Shown here piece by piece: positions 31,415 to 42,126 of a stretch of 64,000 bases of DNA. The notes under the pieces are model-generated. The model was given only the letters and a program-made list of their open reading frames with translations, was not told the origin of the DNA and did not search any database. Positions within the stretch are counted from its first letter, which is position 1, and each line of letters opens with the position of its first letter. Position numbers and translations under genes: made by a program. The stretch spans positions 5,157 to 69,156 of the IMG/VR virus record IMGVR_UViG_3300013094_000037. The stretch is one strand, 5' to 3'. This DNA is from a virus.

Positions 31415-33580
31415 TTACATTCCTGTTCCTGGTGGCAAAGCGATTGCTTGTAGTGATGTAATTGAAGGAACGTTTGTGTTATCGCTTGTTGCCATCACAA
31501 CTTTGATAGCAAATTGAATGAACGATGTATAAGTTTGTCCGTTCACATTCGTGTATGAAATGTTATTGTTTGCTTGGTTGCTATTGAAAACACCAGGAGC
31601 AAATTCATACTGAATCAAATTGTTCATTGATGATGAGAACACATTGAAATTGTTTGTGCAAGTCATCAATTGCCAGTTTCCAGATTCAAATGCTGATGTG
31701 TCTTGTGAACTTAGAACCTTATAGTACACATAAATGCCAGCACCCAATGGCCAGTAAGCACTTAGATAAACACGAAGGTCACCAGAATCGTTGCCTGGAG
31801 CCAATACAACTTTCTTGGTGAAGTATTTTGAAACGGCATTACCACCAGTTGAACCTGTTTCACCGTGTACAGAGATTACGGCATTTGCATTGCCACTTCT
31901 TGTTGTTGGATCGTAAATAGAAATGGTTGGTGTTGTTAGATAACCAGAACCAGGACTAATTACATAAAGAGAACTGATTGCGCCGGTAGAATTTGCAGTA
32001 AATCCAAGAGTTGGTGCAACACCACCAGTAACATCAGGAGATGTAATTGTTACTGAAGCAGTCTGTACATTATAACCACTACCACCACTGACAACGTTAA
32101 TAATATTATTACCAATACCCATGTTGTTAATCATGTAGCGAACAGCATACAAGCTAACACCATCGTCAGCAATAATTGGCGACACGTTTGGATCGCTTGT
32201 AGACATTGTTGCATTCAATGCAAAAGATGAATTTGATGATGTAAACAACTTACGTTCACCCAATCCATCATTCAATGGTACATTTACTGGTGCTGGTGAA
32301 CCCAATTTACCTGGATTGATTGGAGCCGATGCGGTTTGTAGACCAGAAAGCAATGATGCGGTGTATGAATAGTTAATGCTTGTACCAGTTGGTGTAAAAT
32401 CTGTGGTAGAAACATTGATTGCGTCTATTCTAGTGTTACCTGCATAGTTACCTCTAACGTTTGGCACACTATTTGGATCAACTTTGTGTAACAAATCGTG
32501 TTGACCCATCTTTTTGTATGGCAATCTTTGTGGTACACTGAATGGAACAGTTGATGTTGTTGTTTCAAACACACAATTGTCTATAACAAACATCAAATCT
32601 TTAGTTTGGTCAGCAGTCCATGTGATGGAGTTTTGTGATTCAAACAATGCACCAATGTATGGTGCAGTACCAATCTTAGTTGGGTTTGTTGGGTTTGTAT
32701 CAGATGGTTGTGCTTTTGCAGTAGAAGGTATAGCGGTTTGATTTTGCTGTGCGTAATACAATGTGTATTGTGGAGAAGTTGCTTTAATCAAAATAGCATA
32801 CAAAACACCTGGTTGAATATAAACTGGTGCAGAGAATTTGAATTCAGTAAAGGAATTTGGATCCAAATAATGTGGTGATGAACTTGTCTTACATTGACTT
32901 GGTGACAAAGTAACAGTTGAATAATTCAATGCTGAACCATTTGGATAACCATTCAATGTTGGAACAATGGAAACTGTAATCTGTTCACTTGAAGATGGAA
33001 TAGTAGCAAAGAACAACTTCACAGAGTTTAAGAATGCACCATTTGGATAATTTGCTTGAGAAACCAAGAATGTTTGTGCAACAGGATCATATGGTGAATA
33101 TGTTGTGATTGTGCTAATCAATTGGTTTGCCAATGCACTCACTTGAGTGAATGTTTGACCAGAAGCATCAACAGAAGGTGCAAAATCTAATGCTTGAGAT
33201 GCAGATGAAAGACCTGATGCCGTAAATGTTGCTTCTGCATATGTTGTTGCAGTGGTTTCATCGGTCATTACAGTTCTATTGTCAACACGGAATACTCTAG
33301 AACCTGTTTGAAATTTTCCAGGTGGAACATTAAAGATACCAACAAAATTACCACCTTCATCAGAAGACAATTGTGGTAGTGTTGCACCAGAACTAATTGC
33401 TGAAGCTACACTTGTTGCAGTTCCTTGGATGTCATAATAAGAAACTACGGAACCTTTATATGAATTTGTTCCTAAAGAAATGTTTACAGGAGCATCAAGT
33501 GTTGCTACTCCTGTTGTCGCATTATAAGCAATGATGTTTGCTGTATAATTATATAAACTAGAATATGTTGCTGTTGTCAT
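31415..33580 (-). CDS. Virion structural protein, C-terminal portion of a DUF4815-like protein
   Basis: DPVAQTF, GALFESQNSITWTADQTKDLMF, SKYFTKKVVL and FAIKVVM motifs, as recalled for DUF4815 C-terminal regions. Confidence 0.75.
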   Translation of the reverse strand: MTTATYSSLYNYTANIIAYNATTGVATLDAPVNISLGTNSYKGSVVSYYDIQGTATSVASAISSGATLPQLSSDEGGNFVGIFNVPPGKFQTGSRVFRVDNRTVMTDETTATTYAEATFTASGLSSASQALDFAPSVDASGQTFTQVSALANQLISTITTYSPYDPVAQTFLVSQANYPNGAFLNSVKLFFATIPSSSEQITVSIVPTLNGYPNGSALNYSTVTLSPSQCKTSSSPHYLDPNSFTEFKFSAPVYIQPGVLYAILIKATSPQYTLYYAQQNQTAIPSTAKAQPSDTNPTNPTKIGTAPYIGALFESQNSITWTADQTKDLMFVIDNCVFETTTSTVPFSVPQRLPYKKMGQHDLLHKVDPNSVPNVRGNYAGNTRIDAINVSTTDFTPTGTSINYSYTASLLSGLQTASAPINPGKLGSPAPVNVPLNDGLGERKLFTSSNSSFALNATMSTSDPNVSPIIADDGVSLYAVRYMINNMGIGNNIINVVSGGSGYNVQTASVTITSPDVTGGVAPTLGFTANSTGAISSLYVISPGSGYLTTPTISIYDPTTRSGNANAVISVHGETGSTGGNAVSKYFTKKVVLAPGNDSGDLRVYLSAYWPLGAGIYVYYKVLSSQDTSAFESGNWQLMTCTNNFNVFSSSMNNLIQYEFAPGVFNSNQANNNISYTNVNGQTYTSFIQFAIKVVMATSDNTNVPSITSLQAIALPPGTGM

Positions 33581-33612
33581 TTAATGTTCCGATGTTTCTC
33601 TAAATCTTTTGG

Positions 33613-33620
33613 TATTTAGT
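33613..33620 (-). promoter_or_regulatory. Late promoter (ACTAAATA) between the two DUF4815-like ORFs
   Basis: TAAATA core in the 57-bp gap. Confidence 0.55.
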
Positions 33621-33637
33621 TTATAACCTTACGATAA

Positions 33638-36600
33638 TTATTCACCCTGTTGATTATCAAACCAATCTGACCAACTCCACCAACCACCAGAACCACCGCC
33701 ACCAGCTGGTGCCGCAGGAGGTGGTGTATATGTTGCAGCAACTGCTTGTTGGTAAACATATTGTGAGTGAATGTTTATTTGAGAACCAACATAGTAGTTT
33801 GGTACTGTAGAAGCATTTGGTCCAAGGTTAACTTGTGTTACACCTGTCAACCAAACACCGCCACCAGGCATAACAACTTCCTGACCTGGATTGTTGTATG
33901 TCAATGTTGGTGGATTTCTTGTATCAAATACATCATTACCAGCAGGATCAGAAATCAACAAACCAACTGCGGCAGGACCACCTGTGTTGAATGCTGTCCA
34001 ACTAATTGCATAAGTTGTATTTGCTGACAACGATGTTGTAAATGTGGTTGTCTGACCATAGTTTGCTCTGTTTGAATCGCTTGAACCCGAACCAATTTGG
34101 AACAATAGTGTGCCATTCAAATAGAACTGTGCATTGTTATCTGCTGCCGCTGTGAACGTATATGTTCCTGCTGTAGTTGATTGGAATGACAAGTTTGCAG
34201 TATATGTGCTGCTTTGGTTAGAATCACCCCAAACGCCATATTGATTCAAGAATGAGCAATATGCAGAACTTACAGGTGCAACAACTAAGTCACCGGTATA
34301 AGTTGTGTTAGCAGAAACGACTGAGTATCCACCACCAACACCACCGACTTGACCCTGTGCATTGATATTGATAACACTGCTAGAAGAAACTGTTCCAGAT
34401 GCTGTAGAACTTACATTTTTGCCAGTAATATCATAGAATGCATTAACTAATTGTGTTGTTCCCGGAGCAATTGTTCCCGGGAAGCCAATGGTGTCTGCAA
34501 CATACAATCTTGTTTGTGTACCATTTGGATAGTTGTAAACAGAGATTACACGTGCAACAGGATAGAATGATGTTGTTCCGCTGATGGTTAAATTAAAACC
34601 AACAATGTCACCAGAATTGAATGTTCCGGATACACCAGACAATTCAATTGTATTTGGTGCACTGATATTTGCATTAACATTTGTTCCATCAAACCATGCT
34701 GACAATGGTGTGTTGACCAATAGACCTGATGCTTGAACAATAACTTGTTGTGGTCTAATGTATGGAAGAATAGCAATGTTTGTCAAATAACCATTGTTAG
34801 AACCAAAGGTAGAAGATACTGGACTGTAAGAAGATGCAGTAGTATTTTGAATTTGGCTTGCATATGTTTGTGTTGTTGTTGCTGTATAGCCAACAGTTGC
34901 ACCATATGGACTATTTGTAATAGAACCGTGGTTTACAACACTAACTGAACTTGAAACTTCACTTGAAGTACCTGGAATTGTTGCAAAGTCACCAGAGTTG
35001 GTTAAGTTAACACCACCAGTTGCTTGATATACTTGCATTGATGGGTCTGTAACCAATAATGCAGGTGCTTTGGTGTTATCAACCCAATTGTCCATTGGTG
35101 GAGTTAACTGTGCAACACCTTGTTGAATAACAACAGAGAATGGGTTAACAGAAACGGTACTACTTGCCAATGGTTGAACGGCAATATTTGCTGTTGTGTA
35201 TGGCAATGTGAACACATAAGTTTGTGAACCAACATTGTTAATTGTATATGTGTTAGTTTGATCCAATGTACCAACTGTTGAAACAGTAACAGGGTTTTGC
35301 AATTGGAAGTTATCAACGATTGCCAATGGTGTCAACGTGTTTGTTCTCACATTGATGTTTGCCAAGTAATCTGGATTATTTGTATCTGCGGTAGAATAAG
35401 AGTTGAACGAATCAACCAAGATACCATAGTTTGGTCTAGCAACACCATTCAAGTCGGTAACTTGTGTAGCAGCAGCAGTTGCTTCAAGTTGGCTCAAAGA
35501 TGTATAGTATTCCAAGTTGTTGATACGTGTTTCTAGGTCTGTAATATCAGTCTTAGCCCAACGCTTGTGTAAAATCTTGTTGATGGACAGATTGGATACA
35601 GCGCCAGCAGGTCCTTCGCCAGGAACATATGCGGTATATGGGTCATGCAACAAGTTAGCCAATAACAACGATCCGGTTGGTTGTGCAGGCAACGATGGGT
35701 TAACTGCTGGATTACCTTGGATGATTTGGAAACTCTTGTCTTTTGTTAGAACCAATCTATCTTGACGACCCAAATAGTAACCGTAGTTAGATTGGAAGTT
35801 TGTCAAGTTTTGTGGAATCAAAACACCAATGTCGCTTGATCCTGTTGGTTGTGAACCAGAAGAATATTCCCAAACATATGCTGTTTGAGCATTCTGACGA
35901 GCAGGTCTAAAGTCAATACAGTCGGATAGTTTGTATACGTTACCGTCTTTTGCAGTGTATACTGGAATCTGTGCATACGCTTCAGGAGATGTTGATACAC
36001 CGCCATATGTAGAGTTTGCAGACTGATAAGATTGAATGCTGAAATAACCGTCACCAGATGACGCTTGTGTATGTGAGTAGTAGTTGTAAACAACCAAAAT
36101 GTTTCCAGATGGCAATGGTGCACCAGGAATCAATGTCACAGAACCAAAGTCATAGAAGTTATCTCTTTGACCGTTATCTAATGTGTAGTAGTTTGTAACA
36201 TCAGTGAATGAAGATAGTGCAACACCGCTGATAGAAGCACCTGTTGTACCTGTATCATAAACTTTAGTAATCTTCTTAATGTCATTTACATACAAAGACA
36301 TTTTTGCACCGTATGCAACGGCAGCTTTACCAATCAATGTTTGACCCTTATTCAAGTCAACTGATGCAGTAGATGTTACAGTAGTCATTGTAGAACTACC
36401 GTATGTTGTATTACCTGTTACCAAGTTTTTAGATTTCAATACGAAGCTTGATGAATCGCCACTAGAAACTTGAACTTGTGCAATAACATCAACTGTCATA
36501 CCTGTTGGATATCCACTTGTTGTGAATGTGGCAGCAGTATGGTCAGAAGAAATTGTAATAGTGTTACCAGAAGTGGTGAAGTCAATAATATTGCCTGTAG

Positions 36601-38578
36601 CAGTATTGATAACAATAAAGTTTTGTTGGTTGACTGTTCCTGTTTGAGTTGAGGTTGGACCTTCAAATCTCAATGGGCTTCCGCTATTTCCAGATGTGGA
36701 ACTTAGTGTTAGTGTGTTACCTGTAAATGTTTTGTTACGGTAAACTCTGGTAGAATAGTAACTTGTTGAAGATACGTTAGCAACATGTGAATAACCTAAT
36801 GGGAAAATCAATTCTGGTTGACCAAAACCGTTTACAATTGTTCCACCAGTTGGAAGACTTTGCATTCTTCCAGATAAATTGATATCCGCATTAGCGGTCA
36901 AGTAGTAAGTTGAATTTGCAATAACAATAGATGAAATATCTGTCGTATTATAATTCAATGTAAGTGATGTTGCAGTTGTTGGTGTTACTGTAAATGGTGT
37001 TGCAGAAGAAACAGTAAATGTTTTTGTTGCACCAGATACGGAATAACCTGTAACTGTTCTTACGTCAACGATTGCACCAGTAGTTGCAGTTATTGTTACA
37101 CCATAGTAAGCATTTGCAACAGTAGAGAATGTATCTGCTGCATCGTTGATTACTAGAGTTGTTGCTGTACTAGAATTTGTGGCTACTCCAGATAGTGTGT
37201 TTGCGCTGAAGTCTGAAATGTATGCATTATAGACATAAGCCTTGGTATTAGCACCAGAGCCTGAAACATATTGTAGGTTTCTCAAGAAGCCTGTACCAAC
37301 AACTGTTGAGTTATAAGTATTTGAGTTTGCAGACAAACCGTTTGTTGGTGAAGAAATGTTTGGTGCACCAACGCAATGGAATGTTACTTGTGGAACTTGA
37401 CCAATGTCAAAGATACCACCAACTGTGTCAATTGTAATGTAGTTTGCATAATCAACATAGATAGCATCTTCAAGAATTGTATTGGTCTGTCTTGCTCTTT
37501 GATTGGTTAAAATCTGTTGTGATTGATTTTCAATACGATAGCCGTGAACATAAGCAACACCTTTACCGATTGTCAAGTCATAATTTGCATTAACACCCAA
37601 TGAGTTTGCTGATGGTGTTAGGCTGAAATCGTTAACAACGTAGTCACCATTGGTTTCATAGTCACGTTTTGCAAAATAGTCATCAATGGTTGAGTATACA
37701 GTACCGTCAACTTGGCTTACAATTTGACCATTAACAATACGAACCAATTCAATAAAGTTTTGGTCATTGCCAAGTGTCAAAGGTAAGTTAACCAATGACA
37801 ATGAAAGAACATAACGGTCAGCACCTGGTGCTTGGAAGTTAGATGCACCGATAGCAGGATCCAACAATGAAGAATCGTCAATGTAGTCGTGAATAGTTTC
37901 AGTCAATTCAAGACCGATACGATACGATGGTGTATTGCCGTATTTGTCTAGAACGATTGTTTGGTTTGCTACATCAACAAAGTTACCAATTGAGTATGTT
38001 TGACCTGTAGTATTTGACAGGTTGTAACCGTTAACGATATAGAAAACACCGTTTGCAACAGATGCTGTAGAAGAAAGACCCGTAGAAGGACCTGTTGTTG
38101 TAGAAGAATTTGCAATAGTTGCGTAGTATTGTGTGGAACCTGTTGTCTGAATTGTCAAACCATCAGTGAATTGTCCACCAGATATGTAAGAAACAATCAG
38201 TGTAGGTGGATCACCCACGGTTGTTCCAGATGAAGTTGTTTCAACAGTAGCAATAACACGTGCAAGAATAGTTCCGGTTTCAGAATCAAAGATAACTTGG
38301 TTTGCAAAGTTTGCTGCGGTTACGGCTGTACCGTTGAAAGTTGGGTTCAACTTCAGGTAATGGCAACTCAAGTTTGTTGTAACTTGTCCACCAGATACAG
38401 GAGTATTTTGTGAATAAATTGCAGAAGCAAACTCAGAGATTTGATTTTGTAGAATTGTTTGAGACTGTGTTAATTCACGGGCCTGAACAGCATAGCCTGG
38501 TTTGAACAGAATACGATGGAAGTTTTTTCCGGGATCAAAATCATCGTAGTATGGATATGTGTCAAAATTTAGAGACAT
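33638..38578 (-). CDS. Large virion structural protein, DUF4815/VrlC-like N-terminal portion
   Basis: PYYDDFDPGKNFHRILFKPGYAVQARELTQSQTILQNQI, APGADR and RINNLEYYTSLS motifs. Confidence 0.85.
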   Translation of the reverse strand: MSLNFDTYPYYDDFDPGKNFHRILFKPGYAVQARELTQSQTILQNQISEFASAIYSQNTPVSGGQVTTNLSCHYLKLNPTFNGTAVTAANFANQVIFDSETGTILARVIATVETTSSGTTVGDPPTLIVSYISGGQFTDGLTIQTTGSTQYYATIANSSTTTGPSTGLSSTASVANGVFYIVNGYNLSNTTGQTYSIGNFVDVANQTIVLDKYGNTPSYRIGLELTETIHDYIDDSSLLDPAIGASNFQAPGADRYVLSLSLVNLPLTLGNDQNFIELVRIVNGQIVSQVDGTVYSTIDDYFAKRDYETNGDYVVNDFSLTPSANSLGVNANYDLTIGKGVAYVHGYRIENQSQQILTNQRARQTNTILEDAIYVDYANYITIDTVGGIFDIGQVPQVTFHCVGAPNISSPTNGLSANSNTYNSTVVGTGFLRNLQYVSGSGANTKAYVYNAYISDFSANTLSGVATNSSTATTLVINDAADTFSTVANAYYGVTITATTGAIVDVRTVTGYSVSGATKTFTVSSATPFTVTPTTATSLTLNYNTTDISSIVIANSTYYLTANADINLSGRMQSLPTGGTIVNGFGQPELIFPLGYSHVANVSSTSYYSTRVYRNKTFTGNTLTLSSTSGNSGSPLRFEGPTSTQTGTVNQQNFIVINTATGNIIDFTTSGNTITISSDHTAATFTTSGYPTGMTVDVIAQVQVSSGDSSSFVLKSKNLVTGNTTYGSSTMTTVTSTASVDLNKGQTLIGKAAVAYGAKMSLYVNDIKKITKVYDTGTTGASISGVALSSFTDVTNYYTLDNGQRDNFYDFGSVTLIPGAPLPSGNILVVYNYYSHTQASSGDGYFSIQSYQSANSTYGGVSTSPEAYAQIPVYTAKDGNVYKLSDCIDFRPARQNAQTAYVWEYSSGSQPTGSSDIGVLIPQNLTNFQSNYGYYLGRQDRLVLTKDKSFQIIQGNPAVNPSLPAQPTGSLLLANLLHDPYTAYVPGEGPAGAVSNLSINKILHKRWAKTDITDLETRINNLEYYTSLSQLEATAAATQVTDLNGVARPNYGILVDSFNSYSTADTNNPDYLANINVRTNTLTPLAIVDNFQLQNPVTVSTVGTLDQTNTYTINNVGSQTYVFTLPYTTANIAVQPLASSTVSVNPFSVVIQQGVAQLTPPMDNWVDNTKAPALLVTDPSMQVYQATGGVNLTNSGDFATIPGTSSEVSSSVSVVNHGSITNSPYGATVGYTATTTQTYASQIQNTTASSYSPVSSTFGSNNGYLTNIAILPYIRPQQVIVQASGLLVNTPLSAWFDGTNVNANISAPNTIELSGVSGTFNSGDIVGFNLTISGTTSFYPVARVISVYNYPNGTQTRLYVADTIGFPGTIAPGTTQLVNAFYDITGKNVSSTASGTVSSSSVININAQGQVGGVGGGYSVVSANTTYTGDLVVAPVSSAYCSFLNQYGVWGDSNQSSTYTANLSFQSTTAGTYTFTAAADNNAQFYLNGTLLFQIGSGSSDSNRANYGQTTTFTTSLSANTTYAISWTAFNTGGPAAVGLLISDPAGNDVFDTRNPPTLTYNNPGQEVVMPGGGVWLTGVTQVNLGPNASTVPNYYVGSQINIHSQYVYQQAVAATYTPPPAAPAGGGGSGGWWSWSDWFDNQQGE

Positions 38579-38613
38579 TTAATTAACCTTTTTTAGTATC
38601 TGTTGACCATCTG

Positions 38614-38682
38614 CTATCTTGTATTTCCAAGGGTGTACCGTTTTGTATTTAATGTATTTGTGACTTTAAAAATTAATGACAT
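38614..38682 (-). pseudogene. 22-codon remnant resembling a GIY-YIG homing endonuclease N-terminus
   Basis: AAGGAG RBS, then MSLIFKVTNTLNTKRYTLGNTR*, similar to the IYKxTNxxNGKxYIG motif. Confidence 0.5.
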
Positions 38683-38722
38683 TTTACACTCCTTATATAG
38701 AGTATATAAGTAAAAAAGTCCC

Positions 38723-40177
38723 TCAATAGCCCAATACAAATCTTAACTGCTCAATACCGTCTTCACTTCTTTGAACACCTTGTCGGTTTTCAATATAAGA
38801 AATCAAACCTGAATATGGAATTATTGTTGGCTCGGTGACAGTAAACACCGTTCTTGAACAACCTGAGGTTGCACCGGTAATAGACTGACCAACAACAAAA
38901 CTACCAAACGTATTTATTAGCTGTAATAGGTTGGTTGATGTATTGAATGATAAAACTGTGCCAGAAAATAATAAATTTGGTGGTGTGCTTGTATCATATT
39001 GGTTTACAATTTCATCTGATACAAATGAACCCAGACCACCAGCACATAAAACTTGTGTTGCTAGATTGTAAACAGAGTTATTTGCAAATTGTGGACCATT
39101 TCCTGTAAGAATCAATGGATCGGTTAGCAAACCAACTTGACGATAAACAACACCATCAGTAGGAAGAACACCACCCTCATCGGCATTGAACTCAACAGAG
39201 AACATCAAATGATTGCATCCCAATTCTGAAATTGGATCGTAACCATGACCGCCAACTGGAGAAGTTGGTGCAATAGCAGTTGCCTGTGATGTGATTGGTG
39301 CCAAATATTTTTGATTAGATGAGGTATAAGAAGTTATAACAACATTTGCTTGTGTGTAGTTCTGACCTGCTTGCCCCTGTGGAACAATAATGTCAACAAT
39401 TTGATTGTTAACAACTTGTGCTGGTGTAATTACACCGTTTGCACCTGTACCATCACCTACAACTTGAACTGTAATATATTGGTTGATTGGATCGTAACCA
39501 GAACCACCATTTGTAACGTTGATTACGTCAATACTACCTGCGCCAGCAGATGTTCCGTATGGTTGTGGCGTATTTGCACTGATGAATACTGGCATCCAAA
39601 TTGAGTCCATGAATGACCTTTTTGCACCAGAGTCAATTGTATACATGTATTTCCACTTATACAAATCTTCATTTTGATAAATGTTGTTTGTGCCATATGA
39701 ACCTGGTTCAAAGTATGGTTCATATGTGGAAGGACCACCATTGTTATTCCACAAGCACTTGAAAACTTGGTCATAACGGTTCTTCACATAATATTGATAT
39801 ATCAACAAACCATTTTCATCTTTTTCTTGTAGATTCAATGTGTCGGAATATGCAGTATAGACTGTGTTTTCTGTCCAGTTGATTCTTTGGATAACAGGAC
39901 TCAAGTTGTTTGAGCCGATATTTTTTATAGCAAACATGTTCTTGAATACTTTTTTCAGATAAGAAGTTGTTTGCTGTGGTGGATTTGGAGTTTCAATACC
40001 ATTTATAACTGGCCACGAATCTTCTTGACCCAGAAATGCATAAAGGGAACCAACAGAAATTGCTTGAGATAGTTGTGGTCCTTGTGGAATCACCGCAACA
40101 GGAATATAATACTCAAGTTCTACCTGAGATACTGGTGCATAATATGTAAGTAAATTTTGATTTAGATTATTTGCCAT
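38723..40177 (-). CDS. 8: Baseplate wedge subunit gp8
   Basis: VFKCLWNN, YKWKYMYTI, GGHGYDPISELG and YIENRQGVQRSEDGIEQLRFVL motifs. Confidence 0.88.
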   Translation of the reverse strand: MANNLNQNLLTYYAPVSQVELEYYIPVAVIPQGPQLSQAISVGSLYAFLGQEDSWPVINGIETPNPPQQTTSYLKKVFKNMFAIKNIGSNNLSPVIQRINWTENTVYTAYSDTLNLQEKDENGLLIYQYYVKNRYDQVFKCLWNNNGGPSTYEPYFEPGSYGTNNIYQNEDLYKWKYMYTIDSGAKRSFMDSIWMPVFISANTPQPYGTSAGAGSIDVINVTNGGSGYDPINQYITVQVVGDGTGANGVITPAQVVNNQIVDIIVPQGQAGQNYTQANVVITSYTSSNQKYLAPITSQATAIAPTSPVGGHGYDPISELGCNHLMFSVEFNADEGGVLPTDGVVYRQVGLLTDPLILTGNGPQFANNSVYNLATQVLCAGGLGSFVSDEIVNQYDTSTPPNLLFSGTVLSFNTSTNLLQLINTFGSFVVGQSITGATSGCSRTVFTVTEPTIIPYSGLISYIENRQGVQRSEDGIEQLRFVLGY

Positions 40178-40181
40178 GATT

Positions 40182-40189
40182 TATTTATA
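40182..40189 (-). promoter_or_regulatory. Late promoter TATAAATA, 4 nt before the gp8 ATG
   Basis: Minus strand reads TATAAATA-AATC-ATG. Confidence 0.65.
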
Positions 40190-40191
40190 TC

Positions 40192-42123
40192 TTAATTGCC
40201 AACTCTAATTAAAGACCAATTCAATACAAGTGCTTCACCTCTGTTACCTGAAGGACCAGTTGCGCCGTTATATACGTTAACGTCAAAACTACCAACTCTA
40301 GTATTTGCAACACATACTTGATAATTTCCACTACCTGCATTTTGAAAGCTAACAAAAACCATATCATATACGTGTTGTACATAACTGTTATTGACAGTAA
40401 ATGTTACACCAGTTCCAGAATTTAGTGTCGCATTATTCATTGTAATTTGACCAGAAATACCATTTGCTGTGACTGCGGTAGATTTGCTGCTTAATTGTGT
40501 TACACCAGAGTTTGCAGTAGCAGAACCATACACAAATGTATTTGCAATGACTATGTTTACTGTTTCGGTGTTGGTAACGAAAACGTTATTTGAAAAGGTT
40601 ACTGTATTTCCAGAAATTGTTAATGCTGTAACGAGTGCATTAGAACCAATTGGTGTACTAGCAAATACAATGTTTGTGCCCTTGTTTGTATCGGAGAAGT
40701 TTTCTGCGGCAACATACTGCATGTATGCACCACCAACACCAACACCACTACCAAATCCTGTTGTTCCGTAACCATTACCACCATATCTAACCATTACATC
40801 ACCAGATTGTAATGCTGACGGTGCTGTGGCAGTGCCTCTCATTGAACGACCATTATATAAAGAATATACACCAGTACCGGCAGAATCGTTTGTTACTTTA
40901 GAACTAATGCCATCTTTACCTGTAATTTGCAACATTGTTCCGTCTGCAAGTGGTGCTTGAACTGCGCCATTTGCTGAACCAACAATCAACACACCAGCCG
41001 AATTGGCCGGGAAAGTTGAATTGTTCATTGTGATGGAACCAGTCATACTGATACTACCATTCATTGTCATCACTTGAGATGCGACATTGATTGAAAATAC
41101 AGTATTAGCATTTAGGTTGCTTGTTATTGCAACAGAACCATTGAAAACTGTGTTACCGTTGAATGTTGATGTGCCATTGGATGTCAAAGTTCCTATACTC
41201 AGTACGTTGCCTGTAGTTGTTAGGTTGCCATTGTTAATGGTATTTCCGTTATTGATGGTTCGTCCATTATTGACAAAATTACCATTGAATGTTACCGGTC
41301 CTGTGGCAGTCAAGTTGCCTGTCGTAACCACATTACCTGTGGTTGTCATTGTGCCGTATGTAACAATGTTACTGTTAAAGTTTGTATTTGCGCCGTTGAA
41401 TGTTACATTACCTGGCAAAATAATGTTTGCGGTGTTTTGAACTGCGGTGTTTGCTACACCGAATGCAGCATTGGCTTGTGCATATGCTAGGTTTGCTGTT
41501 ATTGATGGTCCAGTATAAGCAAATGTTTGTTTTGAGCCATCACCATAAACAATATAAGATTGTGTGTTTAGTGACAATCCATTTGCAGAAATCCAGCCAA
41601 CAATATTGTTTGAATTGGTGCCGCCGAGCATAAACTTCAAATTTGCATTAGTTGTTGCAGTACCAATCAATAAATTTCCTTGATAACTCGCAAGACCTGT
41701 GGTTGCATTTGCTCCTTGTACATACAAATAAGCATCATATGAATTAAATGCTGTATATCCTGTATTATTTCCTGTTACTTGTGAGTTATTGATACCAAAA
41801 TCTGCAAAATAATTATAATTTGCTTGTGTTGCTTGGTCAGCCGACAAGACATAATCTGCCGAACCCATTGAGTTGAAGTTTTGATTATTAACTTGTATAA
41901 AGGATGGATCAGAACCAGAAAATTGTGCAATAGTATTTGTGAATTGAAGATTATTGTTGCCAACATTCAAGTAACTATTTCTGAAAAGACCTAAAGCCAA
42001 TGTGTTGGCAGTCATTTGGAAAGTGGTATCTGTAGGAACATCAACACCCACAAACAAGGTGTTTGCCGTATTGGCATTGATTACAGTGAATACTGGTAGT
42101 TGTGAAATCTTTATTTGTGACAT
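40192..42123 (-). CDS. Putative baseplate-attached fibre/spike protein (643 aa)
   Basis: N-terminal IKISQLP anchor motif and Gly/Asn/Thr beta-helix-like repeats. Confidence 0.7.
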   Translation of the reverse strand: MSQIKISQLPVFTVINANTANTLFVGVDVPTDTTFQMTANTLALGLFRNSYLNVGNNNLQFTNTIAQFSGSDPSFIQVNNQNFNSMGSADYVLSADQATQANYNYFADFGINNSQVTGNNTGYTAFNSYDAYLYVQGANATTGLASYQGNLLIGTATTNANLKFMLGGTNSNNIVGWISANGLSLNTQSYIVYGDGSKQTFAYTGPSITANLAYAQANAAFGVANTAVQNTANIILPGNVTFNGANTNFNSNIVTYGTMTTTGNVVTTGNLTATGPVTFNGNFVNNGRTINNGNTINNGNLTTTGNVLSIGTLTSNGTSTFNGNTVFNGSVAITSNLNANTVFSINVASQVMTMNGSISMTGSITMNNSTFPANSAGVLIVGSANGAVQAPLADGTMLQITGKDGISSKVTNDSAGTGVYSLYNGRSMRGTATAPSALQSGDVMVRYGGNGYGTTGFGSGVGVGGAYMQYVAAENFSDTNKGTNIVFASTPIGSNALVTALTISGNTVTFSNNVFVTNTETVNIVIANTFVYGSATANSGVTQLSSKSTAVTANGISGQITMNNATLNSGTGVTFTVNNSYVQHVYDMVFVSFQNAGSGNYQVCVANTRVGSFDVNVYNGATGPSGNRGEALVLNWSLIRVGN

Positions 42124-42126
42124 TTT

